Below, one piece after another: positions 25,896 through 35,161 of a stretch of DNA of 64,000 nucleotides (position 1 is its first letter; each line of letters begins with the position of its first letter). Below the pieces are notes generated by a model. That model was not told where the DNA came from. It worked only from the letters and a program-made list of their open reading frames with translations, and made no database searches. The DNA is from Bacteroidaceae bacterium. Lineage in GTDB: Bacteria; Bacteroidota; Bacteroidia; Bacteroidales; Bacteroidaceae. The DNA is taken from the NCBI GenBank assembly GCA_017615125.1, contig JAGAAS010000017.1:6008-70007 (forward strand), read 5' to 3'. The position numbers were made by a program, and so were the translations under genes.

Positions 25896-27572
25896 TCAAG
25901 GTCTGGTTTTGGCGCTGAGGACGAGCGTGTTGCGATGCGAGAGGATGCGCCAGGAGGAATGGTCGGAAGCGACGTCAGTGAAGGTACCCCGACGGAGACG
26001 GATGGTGTAATCGTAACCTTTGTGTGTGGCGCTGATGGCTTGCGCCTCGAGACGAGTGAAAGGCAGCTTCGCGCCCTCAGCAGCCGTAAACTCCAGCGCC
26101 CAGGACTTCGCGGGAGAAGGAGCATAAGTCGCCGTGAGGGCGTCGTCCTTCAGGAGCAGCGTGAACGGGCCGTAGGGTGTCGTGCAGACAACCGAGAGGG
26201 CATCCTTTCCGCTCTGGCGGCAGGTGTACGACGCGACGGGGATGGCCGAGGAACTGCCGTCGTCGTTCACAGCAACGAGACGCAGGCCTGCATGCTTCGC
26301 TGGGGTGCTCCAAAGGAATCCGTCGACAACGGGTGGAGTGACGTACTCGCAATAGGTGGTGGTGCCTGCACGGCGGAGATAGTCCGACTCGAGGTGCTCG
26401 TCGAAAAGGTGGATGTCGCGGATGACAAAGCTGCTGTCGGTCCAGAGCAGGCCTGCGCGGTAGAAACGGCTGTCGTACCACACGGCGCTCCGTCCGCTGC
26501 GGAGGTAGTCGTCGGGAACGGTGACGGCGGTAGCGGGAGTGAGCGGATAGTGTTTCCTGAACCAGCGACCCGACTCGGCAAGCGTCTCCACGCGGAAGAA
26601 CCCCTTGTCGGCAAGCTCGCGGATGAGGGGCATCTGCATGGAGAGCCCGTCCTTCATGGCCTCCCAGCCGAAGGAATTCTCCTGCCCTGCCTGGATGTAG
26701 TTGAACGCAAGGCTCTCGCTCTGCGCCATCGCAGGCAAGAACCAGCTTACCCAGCGGCTGTCGCCCCCTCCCGCACCCGTATAGACGGGTTCGAGGGTGA
26801 CAACGCCCTGAAAATGACGGTCGAGGCCGTGATCATACTGCAACACGGGATCGCTGCCCAGCATGCGGAAGACGGGCACGGGGATCTGCCCTTTGGAGGT
26901 CTGCGCGGGCATATAGGCATTGACACGGCTGGGATAGTAGGCCTGGTTCCAGTAGCCTCCCCAGAGGGTGTAGCCGTCGGTGCCGTACTGGTCCTTGCAG
27001 TTGCAGGAGGCATCGATGTGGTACTTATCGTAAAGATAGCCCAACGTATGCGCGTCGATGAACCACGAGCCGACGGAGGAGGGGTAGCAGCCGAAGATGC
27101 TTTGGAACTTCTCCATATAGACATCTACCAAGCGCTCGCGCTCCTCAGGCGTATAGCCCGTCGCAAAGCCGACGTTCGCATGCCAGTCCCAGGGGAACCG
27201 TCCGCGCCACTTCATGCCGGCATCGGTGACGTGCGGCTCAGTGATCTCCCACCAGGCGCCCACCTCATGCCCCTTCTCCAAAGCGTGCTTCATGAGCTGC
27301 TGATAAGCCGGGTTGACGAGGGCGTCGTACTGCAGCAGGAAGGTGCCTCGGAAGCCGTAGTCGTCTAGCTGCTGCAGCTCGTTGGCGGTGGTGAGGAAGA
27401 GGTACTCGTCGGTGAAACGCTCATCGCGCGGCTCTGTCTGGCGGACGAAATTGACGAAATTGACGATGCAGGGATGGGCCTGCTTCACAGGCGTACGAGA
27501 GGCGTCACCTTCCTTGCACGCCATCAGGACGAGCAGGCAGGCGGCCAAAGCCAGCAAGGAGCATCGTCTCAT
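25896..27572 (-). CDS. Conserved hypothetical lipoprotein, probable carbohydrate-active enzyme of unknown family
   Basis: 558 aa with lipobox LMAC. Composition is protein-like and Trp/Tyr-rich, as in many CAZymes. Lies 3 nt downstream of the tandem esterase gene. I recognise no family motif with confidence. Confidence 0.7.
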   Translation of the reverse strand: MRRCSLLALAACLLVLMACKEGDASRTPVKQAHPCIVNFVNFVRQTEPRDERFTDEYLFLTTANELQQLDDYGFRGTFLLQYDALVNPAYQQLMKHALEKGHEVGAWWEITEPHVTDAGMKWRGRFPWDWHANVGFATGYTPEERERLVDVYMEKFQSIFGCYPSSVGSWFIDAHTLGYLYDKYHIDASCNCKDQYGTDGYTLWGGYWNQAYYPSRVNAYMPAQTSKGQIPVPVFRMLGSDPVLQYDHGLDRHFQGVVTLEPVYTGAGGGDSRWVSWFLPAMAQSESLAFNYIQAGQENSFGWEAMKDGLSMQMPLIRELADKGFFRVETLAESGRWFRKHYPLTPATAVTVPDDYLRSGRSAVWYDSRFYRAGLLWTDSSFVIRDIHLFDEHLESDYLRRAGTTTYCEYVTPPVVDGFLWSTPAKHAGLRLVAVNDDGSSSAIPVASYTCRQSGKDALSVVCTTPYGPFTLLLKDDALTATYAPSPAKSWALEFTAAEGAKLPFTRLEAQAISATHKGYDYTIRLRRGTFTDVASDHSSWRILSHRNTLVLSAKTRP

Positions 27573-27575
27573 CGT

Positions 27576-29396
27576 CTACTTCTTGATGACGTACTTCAGG
27601 AAGTCGTCGATACGGTCGAGGAAGGTGTAGCTACCCGTGCCGGGCGCTGCGGACCGCTGGAAGCAATGATTGCGGGTGGCGAGGGTGTGCAGCTCGCTCT
27701 GTATGCCCATGCTGCGCATCTTCTCCCACGTCTTCACGGAGTTCATGGCAGCATAGACGTCGACATCGCCGTGCAGGAACAGCATGGGAGCGGTCTTCAG
27801 GTCGAAGCTGAACTCGGGCACGAGGACGGCATCGTCGGGCACTCCGCTCTCCGTGTTCGGGTCGTTTGCGCCGTCGGTGAGAGCGTAGGCGGGATAGATG
27901 CCGATGCCCCACTGCACGTTGCAGGGCTGCTTGTCGATGTCGTCAATGGGGAGGTAGGCGCGATGCAGGGACGAGGTCACGCCCATGAGGGTGAGATGTC
28001 CTCCCGCCGAGCTTCCCATGATGCCAATCTGGTTCGGGTCGAGGCCGTAGCTCTCGGCTTTACTGCGGACAATGCGGATGGTACGCTGCAGATCCTGCCA
28101 GGCTGAGGTGTGCTTGGCGAGGCCGCTCTCGGCGGTGGGACGCGGGGTGCGGTACTTGAGCGTGACTACCGTCATACCCTTCTCGTTGAGATAGCGCCGC
28201 ACGGGAGCCGCCTCAAAGCCGTCGGGGTCGTTGCCCATGTAGCTGCCGCCCGAGTAGATGATCTGAATGGCTTTCGTCTTCAGTTCCTTGGGGAAGTGCC
28301 ACTCGATGTAGGGCTTGCACTGCTGCTCCTGAGCCTCGGGCATGCGGCCTTCAGGCCATACGTCTTCCATAATTCTCTCCTTGCGGGCGTCGTCGTTGAC
28401 AAAGCGGTCCGTAAGAAGCACCTCTGGCTCAAGCTCTCCCAGAAAGCCCATCTGCCTCATGAACTCGATGCCGCGCTCCAGACCGAAGGCTCCGTGTCCC
28501 CTGCCGGGATAGAGGTGCAGCTCGGCGGGTATCCGGCGCTTGCGCAGCTCGCGATAGACCAACGTGGAGCCGTTGGGCGTGTACTCGTCGTTGCCTCCGT
28601 GATGCAGGCTGATGGGACAGGTCTTCTCGTCGAACTTGAAGATATCCGACAGGCGGACATCGATGCCGTAGCCCAGACGTGTGGCAGGTGTTCCTGTATC
28701 GCCGTCGGTGGTGACGTAGGCAGGCGCGTTGACGATGGCCCAGTTGAGGTGACAGGGAACCTCGTCGAGCTTGTCGACAGGCGTGTAGGCGGGTGTCTGC
28801 GAGCTGGTCGCCAGCAGCAGGGCGAGGTGCGAACCGGCAGACATAGAGATGGCTCCTATCTTCTCAGGGTCGAAGCCGCGCTTCTTGGCTTCGCTGCGCA
28901 CCATGCGGACGGCACGCTGCCCGTCTTCCCACGCCGTCTGGTAGATGGGAAGCCCTTCGGGGCGCGGGGTGCGATAGACGAAGTTGACGCATTGGAAGCC
29001 GAGCTTCGTGAACGTCTCGCGCCACAATTTGATGAGCCCCACGTCGCAGCAGTTATAATAGCCGCCGCCCGAGATGAGGATCATGCAGCCGTTGTTTTTC
29101 ACTTCTTTGGCAGGTGCTTCGAACCACTCGAGGTAGGCGACGCGGTGCTTGTCGGCCTTGAACTTCTCGCTTCCCGCCTCGTCGGTCATAGCGGCAATCT
29201 GGTGCGATTGCGCATCGGGCATTTTGCCCTTGGGCCAGATGGTCTCGCGCTCTCCAGCAAAGGCTGTCAAAAAGCTGAAGAGGAAAATTATCAGGACGAA
29301 CGATCTGATAACACGAAGTCCCGAAAGGTGCTTGTGAAGGGATGTTGTTTCCATATGTCTTACGTTTTTTTGGTTTCTTTTCGCAAAATACGGCAT
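27576..29396 (-). CDS. Tandem-domain alpha/beta-hydrolase esterase (two homologous esterase modules)
   Basis: 606 aa. Both halves share WP-G-MP-AQ, YRTPRP, AW-D-QR-R-VRS and nucleophile-elbow motifs (SMSAGSH and GSSAGGH), plus Asp and His candidates. The start may be the Met of METTSL at 29354. Confidence 0.8.
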   Translation of the reverse strand: MPYFAKRNQKNVRHMETTSLHKHLSGLRVIRSFVLIIFLFSFLTAFAGERETIWPKGKMPDAQSHQIAAMTDEAGSEKFKADKHRVAYLEWFEAPAKEVKNNGCMILISGGGYYNCCDVGLIKLWRETFTKLGFQCVNFVYRTPRPEGLPIYQTAWEDGQRAVRMVRSEAKKRGFDPEKIGAISMSAGSHLALLLATSSQTPAYTPVDKLDEVPCHLNWAIVNAPAYVTTDGDTGTPATRLGYGIDVRLSDIFKFDEKTCPISLHHGGNDEYTPNGSTLVYRELRKRRIPAELHLYPGRGHGAFGLERGIEFMRQMGFLGELEPEVLLTDRFVNDDARKERIMEDVWPEGRMPEAQEQQCKPYIEWHFPKELKTKAIQIIYSGGSYMGNDPDGFEAAPVRRYLNEKGMTVVTLKYRTPRPTAESGLAKHTSAWQDLQRTIRIVRSKAESYGLDPNQIGIMGSSAGGHLTLMGVTSSLHRAYLPIDDIDKQPCNVQWGIGIYPAYALTDGANDPNTESGVPDDAVLVPEFSFDLKTAPMLFLHGDVDVYAAMNSVKTWEKMRSMGIQSELHTLATRNHCFQRSAAPGTGSYTFLDRIDDFLKYVIKK

Positions 29397-29642
29397 TTAT
29401 TTTCAATTCCTACGGCTTTTGTCCGATTTTTTCATCAAAAAACGCTTTTTTCTTGACTTCCTATATTAAACCTTCCGCGCTGAAAAGAGTCTATAATGTT
29501 GGATGACTGATGGAGACGGTTATCGGCAGGCTGGCGCGCCCTCCTCAACGGAAGGCACGTCGGGCTGAAGGCTTTAAAGACGGAGGCTGCGGCAAGCCGC
29601 AAAACTTCCCCAAAAAAAAGAAACAACAACTATCTGTATAGG

Positions 29643-32600
29643 ATGAGACATAGGCTTTACGCTATTCTAATGGGCATTGCAGTCGCTTTGGGAGCGACAG
29701 CCCAGACACACAACGTGACGCTGCACGGCTATGTGCAGGACTACGAGACAAGAGAGATGATTCCCGCAGCCACCGTCCAATGGCTGCATCAAGGCGACAG
29801 CGCCTTCGTGGGAGGTACGACCACACAGATGAACGGCTCCTTCGAGCTACACAAGAAGGTAGCCGCAGGCAAATACCTCCTGCGCGTGTCGTTCATGGGC
29901 TACGGCGCGGAGGACAAGACGTTCACCATCGATGCCAAGACAAACCGCATCCGGCTCGACACCATCATGCTGAAGAGCGACGCCATCATGCTCAGAGAAG
30001 CCATCATCGAGGCACAGAGAGCAGAGGTGCAGATAGTGGAAGACACCGTCATGTTCAACGCTGAAGCGCTCCGCATCCCCGAGGGCTCGAACCTGGAGGA
30101 GCTGCTGCGCAAGCTGCCGGGCGTGGACATCAGCGACGACGGCGTCATCAAGATGAACGGGCGCACCATCGACCGCCTGCTGGTGGGAGGTGAGGAGTTC
30201 TTCGGCAACAACAAGGACATCGCCACCAAGAACCTGCCCGCCAACATCGTGAAGAAGGTGAAGAACTACGAGCGCAAGAGCGAGCTGTCGCGCGAGACAG
30301 GCATCGACGACGGCGAAGAGGAGTTCGTGCTCGACCTCGAGATCAAGAAGAACATGATGCAGGGCTGGATAGGCAACTTCGATGCCGGCTACGGCCAGCC
30401 GCTCCGCAAGACGGAGTTCGTGAGGGAGCTGGGCATCAACGACCTCTACACGGTGAACGCGACCATGAACCGCTTTGAGAGCCAGCAGCAGTACAGCGCC
30501 TATGCCAACGTCGGCAATGCCGGGGGCGGCAGCATCGGGCGAGGCAGAGGAGGCGGGGGCGCCGGACTCACCAACCGACTGAACGGAGGCTTCAATATGG
30601 CGAAGAACTTCGGAGAGAAATGGCAGCAGAACCAGTACCAGTACAGGGTGGGCGGTAACATCAACTTCGGTATGAGCACCACCAACTCGCAGTCGAAGTC
30701 GTCGAGCGCGACATACCTGCAGAACGGAAGCAGCTCCTTCTCGAACCGCTGGAGCCAGAACTTCAACGACAACAAGAACGTGAGCGGCGACTTCCAGTTC
30801 GAATGGAGGCCCGACACGCTGTGGAGCATCATCTTCCGCCCCAACTTCAGCTACAGCACGGGAGGAAGCATGTCGAGCAACCTGTCGGCAACGTTCAACC
30901 AAGACCCTGAGGAGACCATCGCCTCGCTCTATCCTGGCAGAGACTTCTCCCCCCTCGACTCGGCGTGGACCGACACGAAGAACAACAGCCGCATCAACTA
31001 CGGCAACTCCGCCAACTATAACGAGAACGAGAACACCAACGTCAGCGCCTCGCTGCAGATCGTGAAGAAGTTCCACAAGCAGGGACGCAACCTCACCTTC
31101 CGCGGGAACGGCAGCTATTCCACGAGCAAGGGGAACTCGCGCTCGTCATCCTTCACGCGCTTCTATCAGCGCAACGACAGCACCTCGACCATCAACCGTA
31201 TCAACTACAATCCCTCCTCGTCGCACAACCTCAACGGACGTCTGATGTGGAGCGAGCCCATCGCGTTAGCCACATACCTGTCGTTCAGCTATCAGGCAAG
31301 CTACCGCTACCGCAACAGCAACAGAAGCACCTACGACCTGCCGTCGACCTGGTCGCCCAACCTGGATGCGGCCGAATGGCTGTGGGAGGAAGAAGCCTAC
31401 AATGCCTACAAGAGCGAACGCCTAAGCCGCTTCAGTAAGGATGAGCAGTTCAACCGCGACCTCAGCGTCCAGCTGCGACGCGTCACCGACAACTATAACC
31501 TGAATGCCGGATTCTCGCTGCAGCCACAGACGCGCCACATGGAGCAGATTTATCTGAACACGCCCATCGACACCACACGCACCGTGTTCAACTGGACCCC
31601 TACCCTCTTCTTCCGCTACCGCTGGGACAAGCAGACATCGCTCAACATGAACTACCGCGGAAGAAGCTCCGAGCCCGAGCTGACGCAGTTGATAGAAATT
31701 GTGGACGACTCGAACCCGATGAACATCAGCACGGGTAACGCCGGACTGAAGCCCACGTTCAACAATAACCTGCGCGTAGAGTTCCGTCATTCCAACCCCG
31801 AGCGGCTGAGCAACATCAACGTGGGCGTCAACGGAGGCAACACGCTGAACAACATCGTCAACCAGACCACCTACAACGAGGAGACGGGCGGACGCATCAC
31901 GCGCCCGACGAACCTCGACGGCTTCTGGAGCACGTGGAACGCAAACGCTAACATCAACTACAACACGGCGCTGAAGAACCAGAGATTTACCGTCGGCACA
32001 GGCACCGATGCGGGATACAACCACCACGAGAGCTACCTGCGAACAGGTGCGCTTACGGCTACCAACACCGAGTATCCGCTGGCTACGACGCACAACTACA
32101 ACATCAGCGAGAACCTCTGGGCAAGCTACAAGAACGACTGGATGGACATCCGCCTGAGCGGTAACGTGCGCTACAACTACGCCATCAACGAGATGCAGCC
32201 CGAACAGAAGCAGAACACCTGGCAATACTCCTACGGGCCTTCGGCAAACTTCAACATCCCCTGGCAGGAGATTAAGATTTCGACCAACATCACGATGAAC
32301 AGCCGACGGGGATACAGCAGCGCCGACTTCAACACCGACGAGCTGCTGTGGAACGGACAGATCTCGAAGAGCTTCCTTGCGCAGAATGCTGCTACAGTCA
32401 GCATCCAGTTCTACGACATTCTGGGACAGATGAGCAACGTCACCCGCAACGTCACCGCTACCGGACACAGCGACACCTTCAGCAACAGCATCAACAGCTA
32501 CTTCCTCGTGCACTTCATCTATCGCCTGAACCTCTTCGGCGACAGAGAGACGCGCCAGCAGATGCGCATGAACCGTCCAGATAGAGGAGGATTCCCTGGT

Positions 32601-32660
32601 GGAGATTTTCCGGGCGGAGGATTCCCAGGAGGGGGTTTTCCAGGTGGAAGAGGTTTCTAA
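29643..32660 (+). CDS. Outer-membrane beta-barrel protein (CarboxypepD_reg plus plug plus OMP_b-brl_3 type, TonB-dependent-receptor-like)
   Basis: 1005 aa with signal peptide. N-terminal carboxypeptidase-regulatory-like fold, plug-like LPGVDISDDGVIKMNGR, and a long Asn/Ser/Tyr-rich barrel. The C-terminus is GGFPGGDFPGGGFPGGGFPGGRGF, ending in Phe. Confidence 0.85.
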   Translation: MRHRLYAILMGIAVALGATAQTHNVTLHGYVQDYETREMIPAATVQWLHQGDSAFVGGTTTQMNGSFELHKKVAAGKYLLRVSFMGYGAEDKTFTIDAKTNRIRLDTIMLKSDAIMLREAIIEAQRAEVQIVEDTVMFNAEALRIPEGSNLEELLRKLPGVDISDDGVIKMNGRTIDRLLVGGEEFFGNNKDIATKNLPANIVKKVKNYERKSELSRETGIDDGEEEFVLDLEIKKNMMQGWIGNFDAGYGQPLRKTEFVRELGINDLYTVNATMNRFESQQQYSAYANVGNAGGGSIGRGRGGGGAGLTNRLNGGFNMAKNFGEKWQQNQYQYRVGGNINFGMSTTNSQSKSSSATYLQNGSSSFSNRWSQNFNDNKNVSGDFQFEWRPDTLWSIIFRPNFSYSTGGSMSSNLSATFNQDPEETIASLYPGRDFSPLDSAWTDTKNNSRINYGNSANYNENENTNVSASLQIVKKFHKQGRNLTFRGNGSYSTSKGNSRSSSFTRFYQRNDSTSTINRINYNPSSSHNLNGRLMWSEPIALATYLSFSYQASYRYRNSNRSTYDLPSTWSPNLDAAEWLWEEEAYNAYKSERLSRFSKDEQFNRDLSVQLRRVTDNYNLNAGFSLQPQTRHMEQIYLNTPIDTTRTVFNWTPTLFFRYRWDKQTSLNMNYRGRSSEPELTQLIEIVDDSNPMNISTGNAGLKPTFNNNLRVEFRHSNPERLSNINVGVNGGNTLNNIVNQTTYNEETGGRITRPTNLDGFWSTWNANANINYNTALKNQRFTVGTGTDAGYNHHESYLRTGALTATNTEYPLATTHNYNISENLWASYKNDWMDIRLSGNVRYNYAINEMQPEQKQNTWQYSYGPSANFNIPWQEIKISTNITMNSRRGYSSADFNTDELLWNGQISKSFLAQNAATVSIQFYDILGQMSNVTRNVTATGHSDTFSNSINSYFLVHFIYRLNLFGDRETRQQMRMNRPDRGGFPGGDFPGGGFPGGGFPGGRGF

Positions 32661-32736
32661 CAAACGCCGTCAGGAGGCACCACTTGTGGGACAGAAAAAC
32701 GGTTTCCCTTCCCTTCGGAAAATTCCTGAAAACAGC

Positions 32737-32779
32737 ACGACCCGCAGAGCGAAATTGCTCCGCGGGTCGTTGCGTTTTA
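32737..32779. terminator. Bidirectional hairpin between convergent OMP and rsmD genes
   Basis: ACGACCCGCAGAGC-gaaatt-GCTCCGCGGGTCGT (13 of 14 paired) followed by TGCGTTTTA. Confidence 0.6.
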
Positions 32780-32790
32780 TGGAATTCCTG

Positions 32791-33339
32791 TTATTCGAAA
32801 AAACTGAAATGGACGCTACCGTATTCGCGCTCCTGCAGGAAATGCGGATGTTCCGCAAACGAATGATCGGCTCCGTGCTCCAGGACGAACAGCCCTCCTT
32901 CGGCAAGGAGCTGCCGCGAGAAGACAAGATCGGGCAACTCCGCCAGCCGCTCGAGCGCGTAGGGAGGGTCGGCAAAGATGAAATCGAAAGGCTGCCTGCA
33001 ACGCTCGATAAACATGAAGACATCGGCCTTCATCACCGTCCACGCCTCGTCGCCCAGCTCGCGCTTAACCTTCTGGATGAAAGTGACATGCGCGTAGTTC
33101 TTCTCCACAGACACCACCTGCTGGCATCCGCGCGAAAGGAGCTCGACGCTGATGCTTCCCGTGCCGGCAAAAAGGTCCAACGCGCGGGCGCAGGAGTCAA
33201 AGTCCATCAGGTTGTTGAGCACGTTGAAGAGATTTTCCTTCGCGAAGTCGGTCGTGGGACGTGCCTTGAACGAGTGGGGTACATCGAAACGACGATGCTT
33301 GTATTTTCCGGAAATGACTCTCATTTTTTCACACAGCAA
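32791..33339 (-). CDS. rsmD: 16S rRNA (guanine966-N2)-methyltransferase
   Basis: 182 aa with DLFAGTGSIS SAM motif and DPPY. Confidence 0.9.
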   Translation of the reverse strand: MLCEKMRVISGKYKHRRFDVPHSFKARPTTDFAKENLFNVLNNLMDFDSCARALDLFAGTGSISVELLSRGCQQVVSVEKNYAHVTFIQKVKRELGDEAWTVMKADVFMFIERCRQPFDFIFADPPYALERLAELPDLVFSRQLLAEGGLFVLEHGADHSFAEHPHFLQEREYGSVHFSFFE

Positions 33340-33354
33340 AAGGTTTAACTGAAA

Positions 33355-33460
33355 ATATCGGGAGAAGAAAGAAGCGCGCGATATGAAGAAGGAAAAAAAA
33401 ATTTTCGAGAAGGGAAAAAATTTTTTGGAGAAGGAATAATTTGCGGAAGAGAAGGAATCG
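33355..33460. repeat. Intergenic mosaic repeat family, copy 5
   Basis: ATATGAAGAAGGAAAAAAAAATTTTCGAGAAGGGAAAAAATTTTTTGGAGAAGGAA. Same modules, partly in the opposite orientation. Confidence 0.7.
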
Positions 33461-33498
33461 TCAGCGCGAGCTATTATATATATAATAAGGAGTAAAGC

Positions 33499-34302
33499 TT
33501 ACGGGAGGGAGACCAACGTCTGCAGGTCGAGCGGCAAGCCCGAAAGGCGCGCCAATTCCGTCGCGTGAAACTCCGAAGCAGGTTCCATCCACTCTACGCG
33601 GGCGACGAAGCGCCCCAGCTCTGCCTTCAGCGCGCGGTTGTCGGCAGATCTCCCAGCTAACGTCAGCACGTCGGACTCTTGGGAAAGCGCCAACGTGTTC
33701 CACACGCCCAGCACATAGTAGACAGCGTCGCCCGTGCTGTTTACATCAAACGTGTTCTGGAAAAGCAGCCGCCCCTCGTCCACAAAGAAGACGTCGGCTT
33801 TCTTTTCGTGGAAGTTGCAAAGAAACCGACGCTTCTCCTCCGACGCCAGAAGCCACGAGACAACGGGAGCCAGCGAATGGGTGACGGCGACACCCGGGAA
33901 GTGCTGCGTTGCCCAACGCACGAGAGGCCTGTCGACAGCAAAGAGCAGCTTATGTTCGCCTGCAGCGACAGAAACGGAGAGCACCTCCTGAAGAGCCGTC
34001 GTCTGCGGGAAATTCTGTACGAACAGGCTGCGCGCAGAGCTCTCGTTGAAGCACTCGGCAGGAACGAGCGTAGCAGCAGCATCCGTCAGCATCAGCTGCA
34101 CCTTGCCGTACGTGTGCTGAAGCAAGTCCAGCTCGTCGCAAGCACGCTTCAGGTTGGCAGTAAGAGGCAGCGCGGGGTCGACGTCATAGGGCATGAAGGC
34201 ATATTCCCCCTTCCGCGAAGGGTGATGGACAGCAAAACAAAATCCATCCGCACTCACGCGGATGGATAATGTGTACTGAGGGGACTGATTGAAATCAACC
34301 AC
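33499..34302 (-). CDS. DUF3822-like protein
   Basis: 267 aa. Located directly upstream of rsmD, as in other Bacteroidota. Family name is from memory. Confidence 0.6.
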   Translation of the reverse strand: MVDFNQSPQYTLSIRVSADGFCFAVHHPSRKGEYAFMPYDVDPALPLTANLKRACDELDLLQHTYGKVQLMLTDAAATLVPAECFNESSARSLFVQNFPQTTALQEVLSVSVAAGEHKLLFAVDRPLVRWATQHFPGVAVTHSLAPVVSWLLASEEKRRFLCNFHEKKADVFFVDEGRLLFQNTFDVNSTGDAVYYVLGVWNTLALSQESDVLTLAGRSADNRALKAELGRFVARVEWMEPASEFHATELARLSGLPLDLQTLVSLP

Positions 34303-34328
34303 GTGTGGAAATCAGACAAGGATGCGGA

Positions 34329-35069
34329 TTATTCCCAGTTTCCGGCGTTGTTGTTACCCATCTCGACGTCGCCCACCTTCAAGCCAGGATAGCGGTCAAG
34401 CTTCACCTGGTCGTCGATGATGTTTGCCAGCTCCGTCTTGTTCATGCCGTTCAGATAAACGGTATAAGGAGTCTTTGCCTCGAATAGATATATCTTCGTT
34501 CCAGACTTGTTGGATGAGTCGCAGCCGACAGCCATCTCGAATTCAGCACCGTTGCCGAAGGGAACATAGCGGAGCGAGTCGGGATTGAAGCCCTTGGGGT
34601 AGATAGTGTCGAGCACTGCAACCCACGAGGTGTCGCGGCTGTAGAGAAGCGTTCCCGTACCGTCGGCATTGAGCTTAGCAAAGCCGGCGTCGGCAAGTTC
34701 CTGCCACAGTTTCTTTGCATCAGCAGGCTTCTTAGCCTTGCGGGCCCTGTTGATGAGGCTTGTGACTTTCTGCTCACTCCAGCCGTTCTCCAGCTGATAG
34801 TCGGTGAGCTCACCTACTTTCTTAACGAAAGGAATACTGTCGTTCTTCACGAAGGCAATCAGTTCATCAAAGCTGTCGGTGTACTGTCCTCCGTTGTGAT
34901 TACGGAATTCCACCTGAGCCGAACGGATGTCGATAAGACGTGCAATAACCTGCGCATCGCGAGCTTTCTTCTCCTTTTGGAAATTAAGAGTGTCAACAAT
35001 ACTGAAAACACAAATGTAAGCGAGAAGCAGAACACACACTAACAAAGCAACATTTAAGACTTTTTTCAT
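34329..35069 (-). CDS. Hypothetical membrane-anchored protein
   Basis: Start moved to MKKVLNVALLVCVLLLAYI (ATG at 35069-35067), giving 246 aa with a single N-terminal TM. The longer track ORF (to 35156) would contain its own -7 box. Confidence 0.7.
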   Translation of the reverse strand: MKKVLNVALLVCVLLLAYICVFSIVDTLNFQKEKKARDAQVIARLIDIRSAQVEFRNHNGGQYTDSFDELIAFVKNDSIPFVKKVGELTDYQLENGWSEQKVTSLINRARKAKKPADAKKLWQELADAGFAKLNADGTGTLLYSRDTSWVAVLDTIYPKGFNPDSLRYVPFGNGAEFEMAVGCDSSNKSGTKIYLFEAKTPYTVYLNGMNKTELANIIDDQVKLDRYPGLKVGDVEMGNNNAGNWE

Positions 35070-35104
35070 TGTTGTTATTTTTTTATTGTTTACTTTCGTA
35101 GCGG

Positions 35105-35112
35105 CAAAGTTA
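35105..35112 (-). promoter_or_regulatory. -7 box (TAACTTTG on minus) for the 246-aa membrane protein
   Basis: Plus-strand CAAAGTTA lies 36 bp upstream of the ATG at 35069. Confidence 0.45.
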
Positions 35113-35161
35113 GAACATTTGTTTGAAAAAAACAACAAATGCAAAAAAAGTTTCAAACTTT

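Noticed and set aside
25935-29456. 477-aa and 448-aa plus-strand ORFs (25935..27368 and 28110..29456)
   Set aside because: They are antisense to the lipoprotein and tandem esterase genes. Only the minus-strand products have signal peptides, a lipobox and catalytic motifs.
29397-29642. Known riboswitch (cobalamin or TPP) upstream of the TonB-type barrel gene
   Set aside because: I could not find the B12-box-like or TPP (CTGAGA...ACCTGA) core sequences by eye. It is kept only as a low-confidence candidate leader structure in the findings.
29847-32663. 409-aa and 413-aa minus-strand ORFs within the outer-membrane barrel gene
   Set aside because: They are antisense shadows. The plus-strand product has the signal peptide, plug and barrel features, and a terminal Phe.
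32599-33348. 249-aa plus-strand ORF
   Set aside because: It is antisense to rsmD, which has DPPY and SAM motifs, and it crosses the convergent terminator hairpin.
35123-35161. TTG-initiated N-terminal extensions in the ORF track (35123 for the helicase, 37573 for galM, 60840 for the patatin-like gene)
   Set aside because: Each extension starts at a TTG, adds residues with no family counterpart, and (for 60840, and arguably 35123) would contain the gene's own -7 box. The first ATG gives a conventional N-terminus.
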